Of a stretch of 64,000 nt of DNA, positions 48,679 through 61,662 are shown piece by piece. Each line of letters begins with the position of its first letter. Positions within the stretch are counted from its first letter, which is position 1. Source of the DNA: Octopus vulgaris (lineage: Eukaryota). A model generated the notes under the pieces. That model saw only the letters and a program-made list of their open reading frames with translations, was not told the origin of the DNA and made no database searches. Both the position numbers and the translations under genes were made by a program. Location of the stretch: the NCBI GenBank assembly GCA_951406725.2, contig OX597817.1, positions 110,856,001-110,920,000 on the forward strand, given 5' to 3'.

Positions 48679-51071
48679 AGTGATTAGTTACAGTTAGAAA
48701 CTATTTTACAGTGTTTTGTATAATTTTTAACTATTAGATAATATGTAAGTGCTCTAATTTTGGATTATCTAATTTAAATAATTCTAATATTAAATTAGAA
48801 TTATATTGTCCCGATAAAATCTGTTATTCGCCATCTATGACAGTTTTCCATTGTTAATCTATTTTAATGACTGGTTTTCACCTTAGATGAGTGAAACATA
48901 CCAAAATAAGGGTAAAAAAAACAAAAGATTGAAACAATCTTGCTTTGGAATTAATAATGTCAATTAACATAAGATATCAATAATTTTATTGATTCAGTTT
49001 TGCTTAACTTGTCTCCTGTGACAGTTTACATGCTCTAAGCTGAATAGGAAATTATTTTCTTATTGAGAATATCTGAAGAATTAATAAAACATTTGATTCC
49101 TAGTAAAATGGTTGGTGAAATAGTATGTTATTAAAGGGATGTTTGTTATATGCTCTAATAAGTTGATATTCATGCTGTTAATTAAAGCAACAAACACACT
49201 GTCTTTGATATTTTCAATATATGTTCTCCCCACACCACATACATACCTATGAGTCAATATGGGATTCTCTGTTACATTGGAAACGTGTATATTAGATAAT
49301 CTGGTCCAGAGTTCCCTGCAAAGAGGTAAAAGACAATATAGACGCAACTGGAATGCTTTTGGTGATAGTTCTGCTCAAGTTGGGCTGACCTGGAGTTAAA
49401 CAATGACTAATATATGTAGATAGATGAGCCACTGAAGGAGATAGTCATGTATCCTGCTAAAAATAACAGCTAAATCTCTCTCAAATCACACTATCAGCTT
49501 GAATAAAGAAGGATGTATTGAACAATGATATAGCTGCTCATTTTCAAAAGCAGCAACAGCATACATATGCAGCTGTATAAAAGGTATATAGACAAAAAAT
49601 ATTAAATATTCTTTCATAAAAGGAAGCACCTTAAACAAATGAAAGAAGAAAAAAAAAGAGTGAGAGAGAATTTCTATGCAATTATGGGCTAAGTTTAGTA
49701 TCTAAAAGCTCTCAGTTCAAATTCACCTGGGCCAGCTTTGCTTTATATCTTTTACAAATTGATAAAAAAAAAAAGAAAAATGAATTTAACTAGTATACTG
49801 GGGCTGATTTAATTAATTGTTTCTACAATGTAGTTTCTTTCTACACTTATTGGGACATAATGAAGAAGCTACAAAAGCAGAACTTAAATCAAATTTGATA
49901 AACATTCAATTGTACCTTGTTAATTAGTTTCATTTACTCTGCTTTTAATTAGATATTTTTAAATGATTATGAATGAAATTTTCAAAGCAGAATTATAATT
50001 TGATATTTAATTTGATATTTAATTTGATATTTAAATTTCGGTTTTTTTTTTACGTGCATGTGATAAATCATATTTTCTAACCAATTAATTTTTCAAGTTA
50101 TAAAGTGCAGATAATATAATTCCTATGTATGAGAAAAGTTTTTCCTCTTTGCCTTCAAGTATTGATACACTCTGAATGAGGGTTTCTAATCAAACATATA
50201 ACTCTTTCTGGACAAGCTCCAATCATAGAAGCATGGGAATAAACCATTTTTGCTAAATGGAGCCAAATAACATCAATGGTAATTTTGCAAATTGTATAGG
50301 AGCCAAGACATTTCTATACAATAACAACAACATAATTAATGGTTAGCAAAATCATTGGTACCTTTAAGCAGCTGAGAAGTGACAAACTCCATCTCCTTTT
50401 TCACATGGCAAAAGACCAGAGAAAAGTTTTGAAGTGACTTTCTACATTCATTTTATAGATCCTGCAAAGAGAGCACATAGTTAATATGATAGATATGACA
50501 CCGACTTTTGAAAGCAGGAAACTTGCTTTTCCTCAATTTACCAACTGATCTAATCCTGTCAAAATCAATAGTAATAATATTATTCTAAGTGTATATCTTT
50601 ACTGCTGAGATATTTGTTTCTTTTTTTATCTGATTCCTGTTAGCTTCAAATAAAACTACATGATATGCAATTTCTTATTTTCTGTTATATTTTTGCTTTT
50701 ATCTATCAGGGTTAAGTAGTTCACGGGACTAAAATACCTATAACCTTATGCATTTGAAATAGTTGAATTTTTTAAGGCAGATCTTCTCAAAGTAAGTTTT
50801 GTGAAAAAATTTTGGTGTTTCACAAATTTTAAGGACTTTTTAATAAAATTTAAGGAAAAAAATTATTTTATATTGCAAATGTTACTTACCATTTTTAAAA
50901 TAATAATTTTTTTATGTGAATAAATTCTTTCTCTAAAACAATTTTTATTTCATTTAATGTCATTAAATTAGAATGGCAGGTGTTGTGTAAAATATAGGTC
51001 TAGATTTCATGATTTTTTAAAAATCATATCATGGGTTGTGGCCAAAACAAGTTTGTGAACTCTTGCTTTAA

Positions 51072-51292
51072 CCCTTTCGTTACCAACCCAGCCAAAACCG
51101 GCTCTGGCTCTGAGTTCAAATGTCTTATTTTCATAAGTTCTGAATTAAAATCTTCCACCAAACCTTAGTCACAATTTATGTTCCTAACACTAGCTGAATG
51201 ATAACTAAGTTATTTTACTAAATTCTTTTGTTATATTTAAAGTAATTCAAAGAAACACAGAGCATCTCAAAATAAATACAGTAACGAAAGGC
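51072..51292. mobile_element. piggyBac-type MITE (second family, copy 2)
   Basis: TTAA|CCCTTTCGTTAC ... GTAACGAAAGGC|TTAA; colinear with 6722-6936. Confidence 0.92.
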
Positions 51293-52151
51293 TTAAGGTA
51301 AAATAGCATATCTGGAGCTCTAAACATTTTATTGATTCTCTATGATAACTAACAAGTAAAATTAATCAATCATTTTAAAACCAAGAAAATTCTACAAATG
51401 CAATATCTTGCTGATATTTTAATGTTAGAAAGGGCATCCAGTCATAGAAACCACATCAAAGCTGACATAGGAGCTTGGCACTGCTTTGCAACTTTCTGCA
51501 TCCTGTCAAATCATCAAACCCAGGCCAGCATGAGAAATGGATGTTAAATGATGATGATATTATTCCTTTCTCCATCCTTGTAACATGATGGTTAATGTTT
51601 CTTTTCATCTCTCTAAGGTTGATAAACTAAGTACCAGGGTAGGTATAATCAACTGTTTCCTATCTCAAAATTTGTAATAAATCAATACGTTGAATATCTG
51701 ATAGTAATTAAGAATAATTTCAGGAAATAAGAAATATATATACATATGTATTCCCCCTTTTTACTGGATTTAAAACCATCTGCTCTTACTTACAAACTTC
51801 TCTGAATACTCATTAAGTTTAATTAAGAAAACCTAAATCTTTATCATACTCCATTAAAATCATCTTTCAGTTAAAGCAGTGTTCTTGGCTATCCACTCAT
51901 CATTAACATATTTTATACACATATTATATATCAAACAGTGACCGGTTAATATAATTTATTTTTTAAATAGACAATGTAGTGATAATGAGAAGGTAGAGCC
52001 ATAATTTTAGCATTTCTATCATGTTCTGAACCCAGAGGAAAAACTGAATTCAGCATTGCAATTTTATAATGTTTCTGCTGCTGACTACAGCTGTCAGCTA
52101 TTCCACTTACTGTAATATATCTTGTAGATAGGCTCACTAATATGGCTCTGG

Positions 52152-52966
52152 TGAAGTTTGTGTATGTTTGGTTGGTCTTCCAGAAATAGCAGTAAAATAC
52201 TCTTAACTCACACCTTACCAAGGAATACCTTTCATCATACGTCTATTCAGTCAAAGATAACCTGGAACAAAATAACAATGACACCAGCACCACTAAGAGT
52301 TAGCTACGTTGGTCATAAATCTAAATACAGTACTGGTGCCAGTGTATGAAATACCTACTTCTTGGCTCATATTGTTTGGTACACTTCTACTCTTCCTTCA
52401 ACCTTTGTACTGTAAGATGCAAAGTCTATTAAAATACATAAATTAAAAATAACTCAAAATATTCCATGTTCATAGCTTTCCCATCAATGTACAATAATGC
52501 ACTTTTGTGACCTATTCAATTTTCAAATAATTAGCATGACCCTATTTCTTCACAATACTGAAGGAGCTTGTATATGTTTGGATAATCTCGAAATAACTGT
52601 AAAATTCTCTTAAATTACACCTTACCAAGGAATGCCTTTCATCATAGGTCTGCTCAGTCAGAGACAACTGGAAACAAAACAACAATGACACCAGCACCAC
52701 TAAGAGTTAGTTATGTTGGTCATGAATCTAAATATAATGCTAGTGCCAGTGTACAAAATGCCTACTCCTTGGCTAATATTGTTTGATACACTTCCACTCT
52801 GCCATCAGCCTTTGCACTGTAAGATGCAAAGTCTATTAACATAAACTGAAATAATTGAAAATTTCCCATGTTCATAACTTTCTCATCAACGTACAATAAT
52901 GCACTCTTGTAACATATTCAATTTTTAAATGAATGACTAATATGACCCTATTTCTTTACAATACAT
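52152..52966. repeat. Diverged ~407-bp tandem duplication
   Basis: caccttaccaaggaat, aacaatgacaccagcaccactaagagttag and ctgtaagatgcaaagtctattaa each occur twice, ~407-410 bp apart. Confidence 0.9.
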
Positions 52967-55900
52967 AATGTATTGTATGTAGCAACCTGGGCATTGCAGC
53001 AAGTAATTCTAACATTCTATTTGCTGATAAATGGTATTAGTGTACACAAGGTTGACCTTAGTTGCTTATAGGCCCTCTTAAAAAAGTATTGTCTAAATAA
53101 CTAACTGTTATTATTATCATTTACATGCTAGATGACACCATAAGTTCTTTGTAAATTAAGTGTCCAGCTTTGGTTCAAGGGAAGATCAGGATGGTTTCAG
53201 ATACTTTACTAATGATCTTCAAAAGAAAAAAGCATAAACAAAGCAACAACTTATTCTCATGCGTAATGAGCTATCATTTTTATTATTTGTTGCAGGATTT
53301 TAGTATAGTAGTAGTTAATGGTTGAAATATTTTATCTTTAATTCCGATGGGAAATGAAATCAATATTCAATACCAAGTTATCAAAGAGATACTGAACTCA
53401 AAAGTTTCTCAACCAAAATGATTCTTCATTCTTGATTATATCTAACCAAATTTACCATTACTTCTGCAGGGAGAAAAGGTAATGGGATTTTTTATTAGTT
53501 TAATTTCTTTATCTTTGTAATATGAAGATAAAAGGATGCATCTAATTCCATTGGACTTTTCATAATGATGCCCATTATAATCAAGGATTCTTTGGGGTTG
53601 ATGAAATTTTTGTTTCTGCACTAATGATATTCAAAATTATTCCTAGCAATTATTCTAAAGTTGCGAAAGCTTATATCAGTAACCTTTTAGTATACTTTTG
53701 CATTACAAGTCCATTTTGAAAATACACTAGTTTTAAATTACCATTATAGCAGGAATTATATTAGCTGTGAAAGAGAAATTAGATATTCTCCTAAACAAAG
53801 AAAAGAAGACAGAGAAAAATATTAGAATTTTGATCAGCTTTTAAAATAGTAAGGTGGTGACTTATTTATTATTGATATTTCTTCTTGACTTAATAGCTTT
53901 CTTCCTTAGTTGAAACAATTTATCAAGTATGTAGTTGATTAAAGTATTTGGATATTGACAGAATTAGAAACAGTAGTAAACAGAAGACATAATGAAATTT
54001 TACGGAAAGTTTATAGTTTTAGGATACAGTCATAGGAAATAATAACATAGTTGGTTAATATTGCTGGCACAGGGATAAGTGTTAATAATAGTGCATTACT
54101 AGATGCTCTAATTTGAGATGGTAACATTATCATAACAGAATCAATTTGTGATGTTAGCTCAGAGATGGTGTTTAGTCAGAGGTAGAAACCTGATGTCAAG
54201 TGTTGTTCAGTCTGGAATGTTTGCTCAGGATAAAGAGTTCAGTAGGTGATTTTTAACTTGCAGATAAAAATGTTCTAGATGACATCAGTATGGGCTCTAT
54301 GAATTGGTACCCATAGTCATTATTGCCAGCTCTCTGATACCAGAGAAGTTGATGCAGCTAATGTTTCTCTTGAACAGTTCAAAGAAGAAAAAAGAAAAGG
54401 GCAGAGAAAAAATTTCAGAGGGACAACATTGTGATAAGTAAGGACTGGGTGTAGTGGTTGGTGTGAGGACTGGGGAAGTGGACGCAACATATGGAACAAA
54501 AGGAAGAGGCACAAATCCAATCAGATTCAAGAAGTGGCTATTACAATAATGGTAGAAAAAGCAAAGAGAGGAGACTACATGCCCATAGGCCAGAGATTAC
54601 AGTGTTTTGGTGAGCATCACCATGCATTTAGTCAATTGGCCTTTCCTAAGGTTAAAACAAAGCAAAACGCTAAAGGTGGCAAAACAAACTAATGCAATAT
54701 TCCTTTCACAATTTTCATTATATTTATTCTCTACTTTTCTTTCTGTGGATGAATAAGTTTAAGGTCAAATAGCAACTTAGAGGTTCCCTTATTGGTTCAG
54801 TGTCTTAGGCAGTAGCAACATTGGAATTTACAAATGCTTCATACATTTGCAGTTCAATTCCTCCTATAGGGGCAACAGCTCAAACAGAAATCAGATTCAA
54901 CTTGTCCCATTTGGAAATGAATAGCACTGATCACCTATAGATGGGTACCTTAAGTAGATACTATCATCAAAATCAAAGACCTCAATTTATGATGTCTTTT
55001 CCTTAGTTGCTTGCCCTCTCTATCTGTCTATCTCTTCCTCTCTCTCTCTCTTGTTCACATAAATGACTTAGTTCCTTGCTTTTTATGATGACAGGAACTC
55101 ATCTATAGATAATCAGTCCTATTTACTTTTGGATAAAGCTAGCTGGATCCAATTTATCTTCAGGCTGCTGCTCCTACGGGGAGAATTGCATTGCAAATGT
55201 ATGAAGCACTTGTCAATTTTAGTGCTGTCACTGCCCACAATATTAGACCAATTAAGGCAGTTCTATTTGGTTATTTGAGCTGTTGTAAATAGCAGTCACA
55301 TCTTCAATGCACATTCTATCACCTTAAAAAAAAAAACTGAAAAAATTATATGATTCAGGTACACTATATCTTTGATTTCAGGACAGCATGATCAAGGTTG
55401 ACCTGGGGCTTAACAACAATGATAGCATTGCACTTTTACTCAGTAGTTTCCTTATAGCTAGACTAACTGGGGCCATTTAGAGAGTTACATATCTTGGAAA
55501 TAAACACAGCACAGTATCTGTGACAGAATATAAATACTTTAAATATTGAAACAATAAACTCTTTATTAGATACCCCTCCTGGTTTTCCCATTATATTTAG
55601 TCTAAGGCAAGCTGAATTCTTTTGGTAATGTAGAATTAAACAAGAAACATGCTATATGCTGGGCTCTTAAAGGATAACCTAGTGATTTATAATTGTGGTG
55701 AACATTGTAAGATTTTCATTCATATAAATCCAATCCAATAACAAAAACAAATTCATTATTTTTATCTCCTTTTAATTTAAACAGTCACTCATGGCAGTTT
55801 ATATTCTTATATACACTTCTATTATAATGGATTCTATATCTGGGCAATAACTATTTTTCCCTTCTTTCTTTACATTAGGACATTAGCTTAGTGTCATCTA

Positions 55901-56162
55901 AGTAATTTATGCACAATCTTACAGAAACATAAAGAGAGTTATGAAACACTCTAGTTGTATTCAAGACCCTGCTCTGTCTTTTACTTGCTAATCCTAGCAC
56001 TAAGGAATGTCTAACTGAATGATGTTACTATGTGCTTAATTTGAATTGTTGTTGATTGATGTTTGATAGGAAATTTTGAGTCTAGGAATTAAAACACTAA
56101 GCATCATATTGTTTAGTATGTTAGTATTAAAACTTTTAAGAACTGAGTTAGTTTGTTGGTAA

Positions 56163-56932
56163 TGATTATATGGTAGGTATTGCTAACAGAAACAAGCAAA
56201 GAATAAATTAGTTCTAAAAAGAAAGCTTATTTGTAAATAAGAGATAATAAGAAGTAAATGATAGATAAGATTATTCTGTTTCTCATCATTTGTAATGTTA
56301 TGTCACTTGCAACCAAGCCTTTGAATTGATTTGTACCACATTTCTGGTAATGCTGTTTGTTAATTCTATCTACAGGTTCTGTATTAGCATATAGATCTCA
56401 TTGTTTTTTTCTTTTCTCTTTTATTTAATGATTAATACCAGTATAGGGACAGAACATTGCAAGAAAAGGAGATCAAACTATTCTGACTGTCTGGAACTCA
56501 TTCTTTCTATGTAGTTGCTTAATGCCCGACCCTAGTGTTAGAAAAAATCAGTAATTCCTTGAGATGTTCATGTTGGATATTCACTTTTTAAAATTAAATT
56601 TTGACAAGAAATCTCAAGAATGAGTATTAAAATCGTATCATATTTTATATATTAAATAACTCATATCCTAATCCCATAAGGTACACTAGGAACATTTGAT
56701 TTCAGTGTGTTGACAATTGTATGTTATTTCATTTCTAAGTGTACAGAGCTGTTGTTATATATTTAAACCCAAGTACATATTTTTTGTAAAAATTAGCATT
56801 TTTAATGTTGATTATATGGTAGGTATTGCTAACAGAAACAAGCAAAGAATAAATTAGTTCCAAAAAGAAAGCTTATTTGTAAATAAGAGATAAATAGAAG
56901 TAAATTTCCTATCAAACATGTTTCTCATCATT
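56163..56932. repeat. Near-identical ~125-bp direct duplicate (56163-56290 and 56809-56932)
   Basis: tgattatatggtaggtattgctaacagaaacaagcaaagaataaattagtt.. occurs in both. Confidence 0.9.
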
Positions 56933-57892
56933 AGTATCTATCTAATTTAAATATTTTGTTTTGCTGAGCATTGATTTGCTTTACACTAAAATAATGTCTC
57001 AAAAATTTGTAAAGCTTTCAATCTTCAAGGGATTGAGTTGCCATCTGTCTCCTTTCTTCTCAGGAAAAAAACTCACTCAAATCTTCACCTAATGGACCTA
57101 TTCCAGTTATGTTATTCTGTCTTTCATTCTATTGATTTCTTGAAAGAGACAATGTTTTAATGACCCTATTATGGCCTTCTTGGTGAGAGTTGTCAACAAA
57201 TTCTATTACTGATTGTTGTCTGTTGGCACCCTGTATAGCTGGAATGGAATGCAGATCTCAGCGACACGCTGCTTTTCTATTTGTTATTGTCACAAATTTT
57301 CTACACTCTCTCAAATCATCATTTGATTCTGTTGCTGTTATTTGTCTCGGGTGTCATGTAAATCTTAGGCTTGTATGAATGAGTCAGCAGGTTTTCTTTT
57401 GTTCCAAAATCCTTTGTGTTCAGAGTATCATTAGAAATTTATACTTAAATATGCATATGCAAAGAAAAAACACAGAGCTCTAAAAACAATAAAAATAATA
57501 TAATATTCTTTTCTAGAGATGTTATTATATTCAACAATTACAAGAAGTAGAATCAAATAAAAAGATTTAATTTTTAATATCATGTTCTTGTATTTGTGCA
57601 TTTCATTTTTCTTTTGCAAAAACATTTACTGAACATCATTTTCTATTATGTAAATGATATAAATCAGATTGTGTTAATGAAAAATAATCATGTTCTATAA
57701 GTGAATAAAGTTATTTACAATGTTACTGTAAATTAATAAATAAATCAAAAAAAAAACAAAAAAAAAACAAATCAAGAATAGAGCAGAATACAAATATTGT
57801 TCAATAATAAAGATAAAATACTAAATAAATATATGGTAATTGTATTTTCTATTTGTTTGCTGGTTCATTATTATTATTATTATTATTATTAT

Positions 57893-59195
57893 GACTATTA
57901 ATACACTAAGGCCAAATGTGTTAAGCTGTCATGTGGCTAGTTGAAGGGAGCAGCAAAGAGTGAGAAAAATAGAGGAAGAGAAATGTTAATTATGTGAAAA
58001 TAGGGGGAAAATAAAAGTTATAATGTGGTTAAAAAGTTACCTGAAGGGAGAGATATAGAGAAAGAGAGTTAGAAATTCAATGTCTTTCATAGATGGAAAG
58101 ATAGAGTTTTCAATGTAAGTAAAATAACTTAGCAAAATAGCTATGGATAATATTTTTTTTATTTGTTATTTGAACTTTGTATTGTCAGCCCGGACAGATA
58201 CATCAACAGCGAGAAAAGTAGATAGAAACAAACAACTGACCTGAACTGAGATGAAATTAAAATAAACATGGATGGCAAACAACTTAGATTCAGTTTTGTT
58301 GCTGAAAATTATTATGATGGTTGTGGTGGTGAAGGTGGCAGTGAAAAGTTTTTTATTGAACTAAATTTTTTATAGCACCTATCACTGAACGCATGCACAT
58401 AAGTGCAATTATTTATTGTCTGCTTGCTTGAAAATTGCTATTTGTTTATAAAATATGGATGACAGACAAAATAAGCTAGTAAGAGAAAGAATGAGACAGT
58501 ATAAGCAATAACGTAATGAGAAGCAGAGGGTCGAATCACTAGAACAAACATGGGAGCAGCAGTGTTGAGGGGAAACTAAGAATCAAAGAGAATACAGTTG
58601 GGTATTTTACAACAGATAAGAGAACATGTTGAATAAAGAATAGAAAATGAAAATGAGAGAGAACATTGGAAAAATCTGTTAACATATAGTTGAAAGTTAC
58701 AACATTGGTGATGTGAATATTCTCTGTAATTATTATGAAGCCCTTAGATTTATAAATGAGCTTCTGAACTCCTCAGAGAATAGGAAAGTCAATTAGTCAT
58801 ATCCAGAATCGAAAACTTTTTTAAATGAAAATAATGCAGGATATTTCGTTTTGGGATTTGGTTTGCAAGATTCTTTATATGAGTTCGTGTGTTGAAGCAT
58901 ATTCTATTGTGTCTGGAGAGAGTCATTTTGTTTTTGTACCTTATGTAACACACTCACCAGTAAAATTTCCACTTTTTTCTTATTTTTATTTTCCTAAAAT
59001 TTTCGTTGCGTCTTGCAACCTTTTCAATAGTTTTGAGAGTCAAAACTTTTACCGGTTAGTGTATTACATAATAAGGCACAAAAAGAAAATGACTCACCCC
59101 AGACACAATAGAAAATGCAATTTCAAAAAAGACATTAATTTCTAACCATCTAAAAATTCTTGTATTTACTGTGGAATTTCCACAGATACTGCTAT
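57893..59195 (+). mobile_element. Decayed, internally deleted Helitron (5' boundary uncertain)
   Basis: From ATG 58455: MDDRQNKLVRERMRQY..ETKNQREY (R/E/Q-rich repeats) and VESYNIGDVNILCNYYEALRFINELLNSSENRKV, like the Helitron Rep N-terminal IG.M...C..C.AL.F..E..CC.NGKV motif; 3' hairpin ctgtggaa-t-ttccacag (59169-59185), then CTAT (degenerate CTRR). Confidence 0.65.
58856..59118. repeat. Palindromic repeat with one arm internally deleted, nested in the Helitron
   Basis: 58897-58965 pairs with 59047-59118; centre agttttga-gag-tcaaaact (59029-59047). Confidence 0.8.
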
Positions 59196-60015
59196 TTATC
59201 ATTATTATTACTTTTGATAAAACTTCAAATTTTTAGAATCTTCGTCAGTTGTTATTTTATACCATCTAATTATAATCAATTAATTGGCTGAGGCTTTAGC
59301 TGTATTTAAAAATTTCAATTTAGTTATCCACTTGAATGTAGTATATCATCTATTATTGTCTGTTTAGTTTTTTGATGGAATTTTTTTGTTTCATTTTAGT
59401 AACTTATTTATCAGTTGGCATTCATTATTATTTTTACTACATGCTTATCTTCTATTCCAATGTTTTTGTTCTTTTTTTTTTGCCATATTATTTTACTCTA
59501 ACTCTAAACTTATCTTCATATGCTCAAAATCAACACAATGTTAATATAAATATACACATGTTTTTACAATGTATGAGTTTTGTTTGTGAGAACATGTATT
59601 ATAATGTCTTTGGAGGTTTTCGTGTATTATCATTATCATCATTCAACTAATGTCTGCTTTTTCCTTGCAGTATAGGTTAAACATGACTTATTGAAGCAGT
59701 TAGTTTTTTTTCTTTCATTTCTTATGACCAGACACCCTTCCTGTCGCCAATGCTTACTCATTCAACTAAGGTATTTTTCACACGTCAAAACCAACAAGCT
59801 ACAGGACATATTGTTTACTGGTGATGTAAACAAGTATCAGTGCTTTTTTTTCTCAAACAGTGACTGTGTTCAGACATGTAGAAACAAACACTCACATGCA
59901 CACACACATCTAATATGGAAGAAGACAGGAAAATGTTGTAACAGTGCCTGCAGGATTTAAATGCTGTGTTCACTGTAAACCTTATTATAACTTTGATCAC
60001 CACTATACCAAAGCA

Positions 60016-60049
<34 letters not shown>

Positions 60050-60069
60050 TCACAGATGTACACAGACAT

Positions 60070-60838
60070 AGGTACAGCTGTGTGGTTAAGAAGTTTACTT
60101 TGCCAACCATGTTCAATCCCTCTGCTTGGTAGCTTGGGCAAGTGTCTTCTGATATAGTCCCAAGCTGGCCAAAGCCTTGTGAGTAGATTTGGTAGATGGA
60201 AACTGAAAGAAGTCTGTTATATATATATATGTGTGTGTGTATGTGCACCCTTAGCTTGTCATCACATAGTGGTTGTAAACAAGCATCATTATCATACAAG
60301 CAATGTTGTTCATCTTCTGTTCCCTGTGAAAAAACATGTCTAGCAATGAGGAAATATTACCTTGCATAGAAACAAGTGTGAGTTTGTAGCAAAAGGGCAA
60401 CTAGCCGTAGAAAATCTGTTTCAACAAATTCCATGTGACCTATGAAAGCATGAAAAAGTGGATGTTAGAACAATAGCTGTGTGATAAGAAGTTAGCTTCC
60501 CAAACACATGGTTCCAGATTCAGTCCCAATACATGGCACCTTGGGACAAGTATCTTCTACTTATAGCCTCAGGCCAACCAAAGCCTTGTGAGTGGATTTG
60601 GTAGATGGAAACTGAAAAATGCCTGTCATCTATGTGTTGGTGTTTGCCCCCCACTACAGCTTGATAACTGGTGGTGGTGTGTTTACATTCCCATAACTTG
60701 GTGGCTAAAAAGACCAATAGAATAAGTATTAGGCTTTAAAAAAAGACAAAAAAGTACTGGGGTTGATTAGTTCAACTAAAATTCCTTAAAGTAGTGCACC
60801 AACATGGTCATAGTATAATGAATGAGACAAGTAAAAGA
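60070..60838 (+). mobile_element. Two tandem SINEs with a shared head and different tails
   Basis: Both have gctgtgtg.taagaagtt...ccaaagccttgtgagt.gatttggtagatggaaactgaaa; the first ends agcatgaaaaagtggatgtta (RTE-like tail), the second ends gagacaagtaaaaga. Confidence 0.85.
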
Positions 60839-61580
60839 TGATATATGCATATAAACACTTTCCATAAGTCCCACACAGTAGTATTGAACCCAGAACCATC
60901 TGGTTGCAGAGTGATCTTTGCAGTCACATAGCTATGTGTGTAACTATTTTATTTATGGATTTTATATATGTATTTGTGAGTTAAGAAATATGGTTCTATG
61001 CAACCCATATAATCAGAAGATGGACAAGTAGTGCAGTAGTTACTCGTAGAAACCAAAAGGAAACAGGAAATCAACTCTTAAAGTTTACTACATGCACTGG
61101 TTCTGGCTAATAGTGTGACTCTGTGCAAGAGCTAAAAGAGCATATGCCATTGCTCAGGGTGTATCACAGGATGTAGAAGGTTAGAAGTGTTACATAGACA
61201 GCCTAATTAATATTTGGGTGGTGGGTGGAAAAGCTAATGATAGCATAGTGACTTGGGTATAAAGTAAGTGGAAGAACTGTAACTTCTTTAGTTCTTGTCA
61301 TTGATTTTGTTGTTTAGTCTCAGATCAACTTGAATCAAGAAGATTTGTGATTAAAGGTTTTACACTTATGGCTTATGCATCTTTATTTTTGTGTACATGG
61401 TATTATCAAGAACTACATTGTACTCCTACTGAGACAGTAGAGTCTGATTTAAATGAGAGTTAGCAATTATTTGAGGAGATTTACTTTCACCAAACCTCAA
61501 AACAACATCCCTGCTAATTAAAATAGAATGTAATAGTTTTAATAATAGTACTAAAAATTGTGTGCGTGCACAGCACAGCA

Positions 61581-61614
61581 CACCATAGCATGTGCGCGCG
61601 CGCGCGCACACACA

Positions 61615-61660
<46 letters not shown>
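61581..61660. repeat. (GC)n-(CA)n alternating purine-pyrimidine tract
   Basis: tgtgcgcgcgcgcgcgcacacac... Confidence 0.9.

Positions 61661-61662
<2 letters not shown>

Noticed and set aside
58035-58075. Minus-strand CTAAC, pyrimidine tract and CAG|GTAACT, resembling a recursive splice site
   Set aside because: Lies in a GA-rich tract of the putative Helitron, has no downstream donor, and is on the opposite strand to the other splice signals
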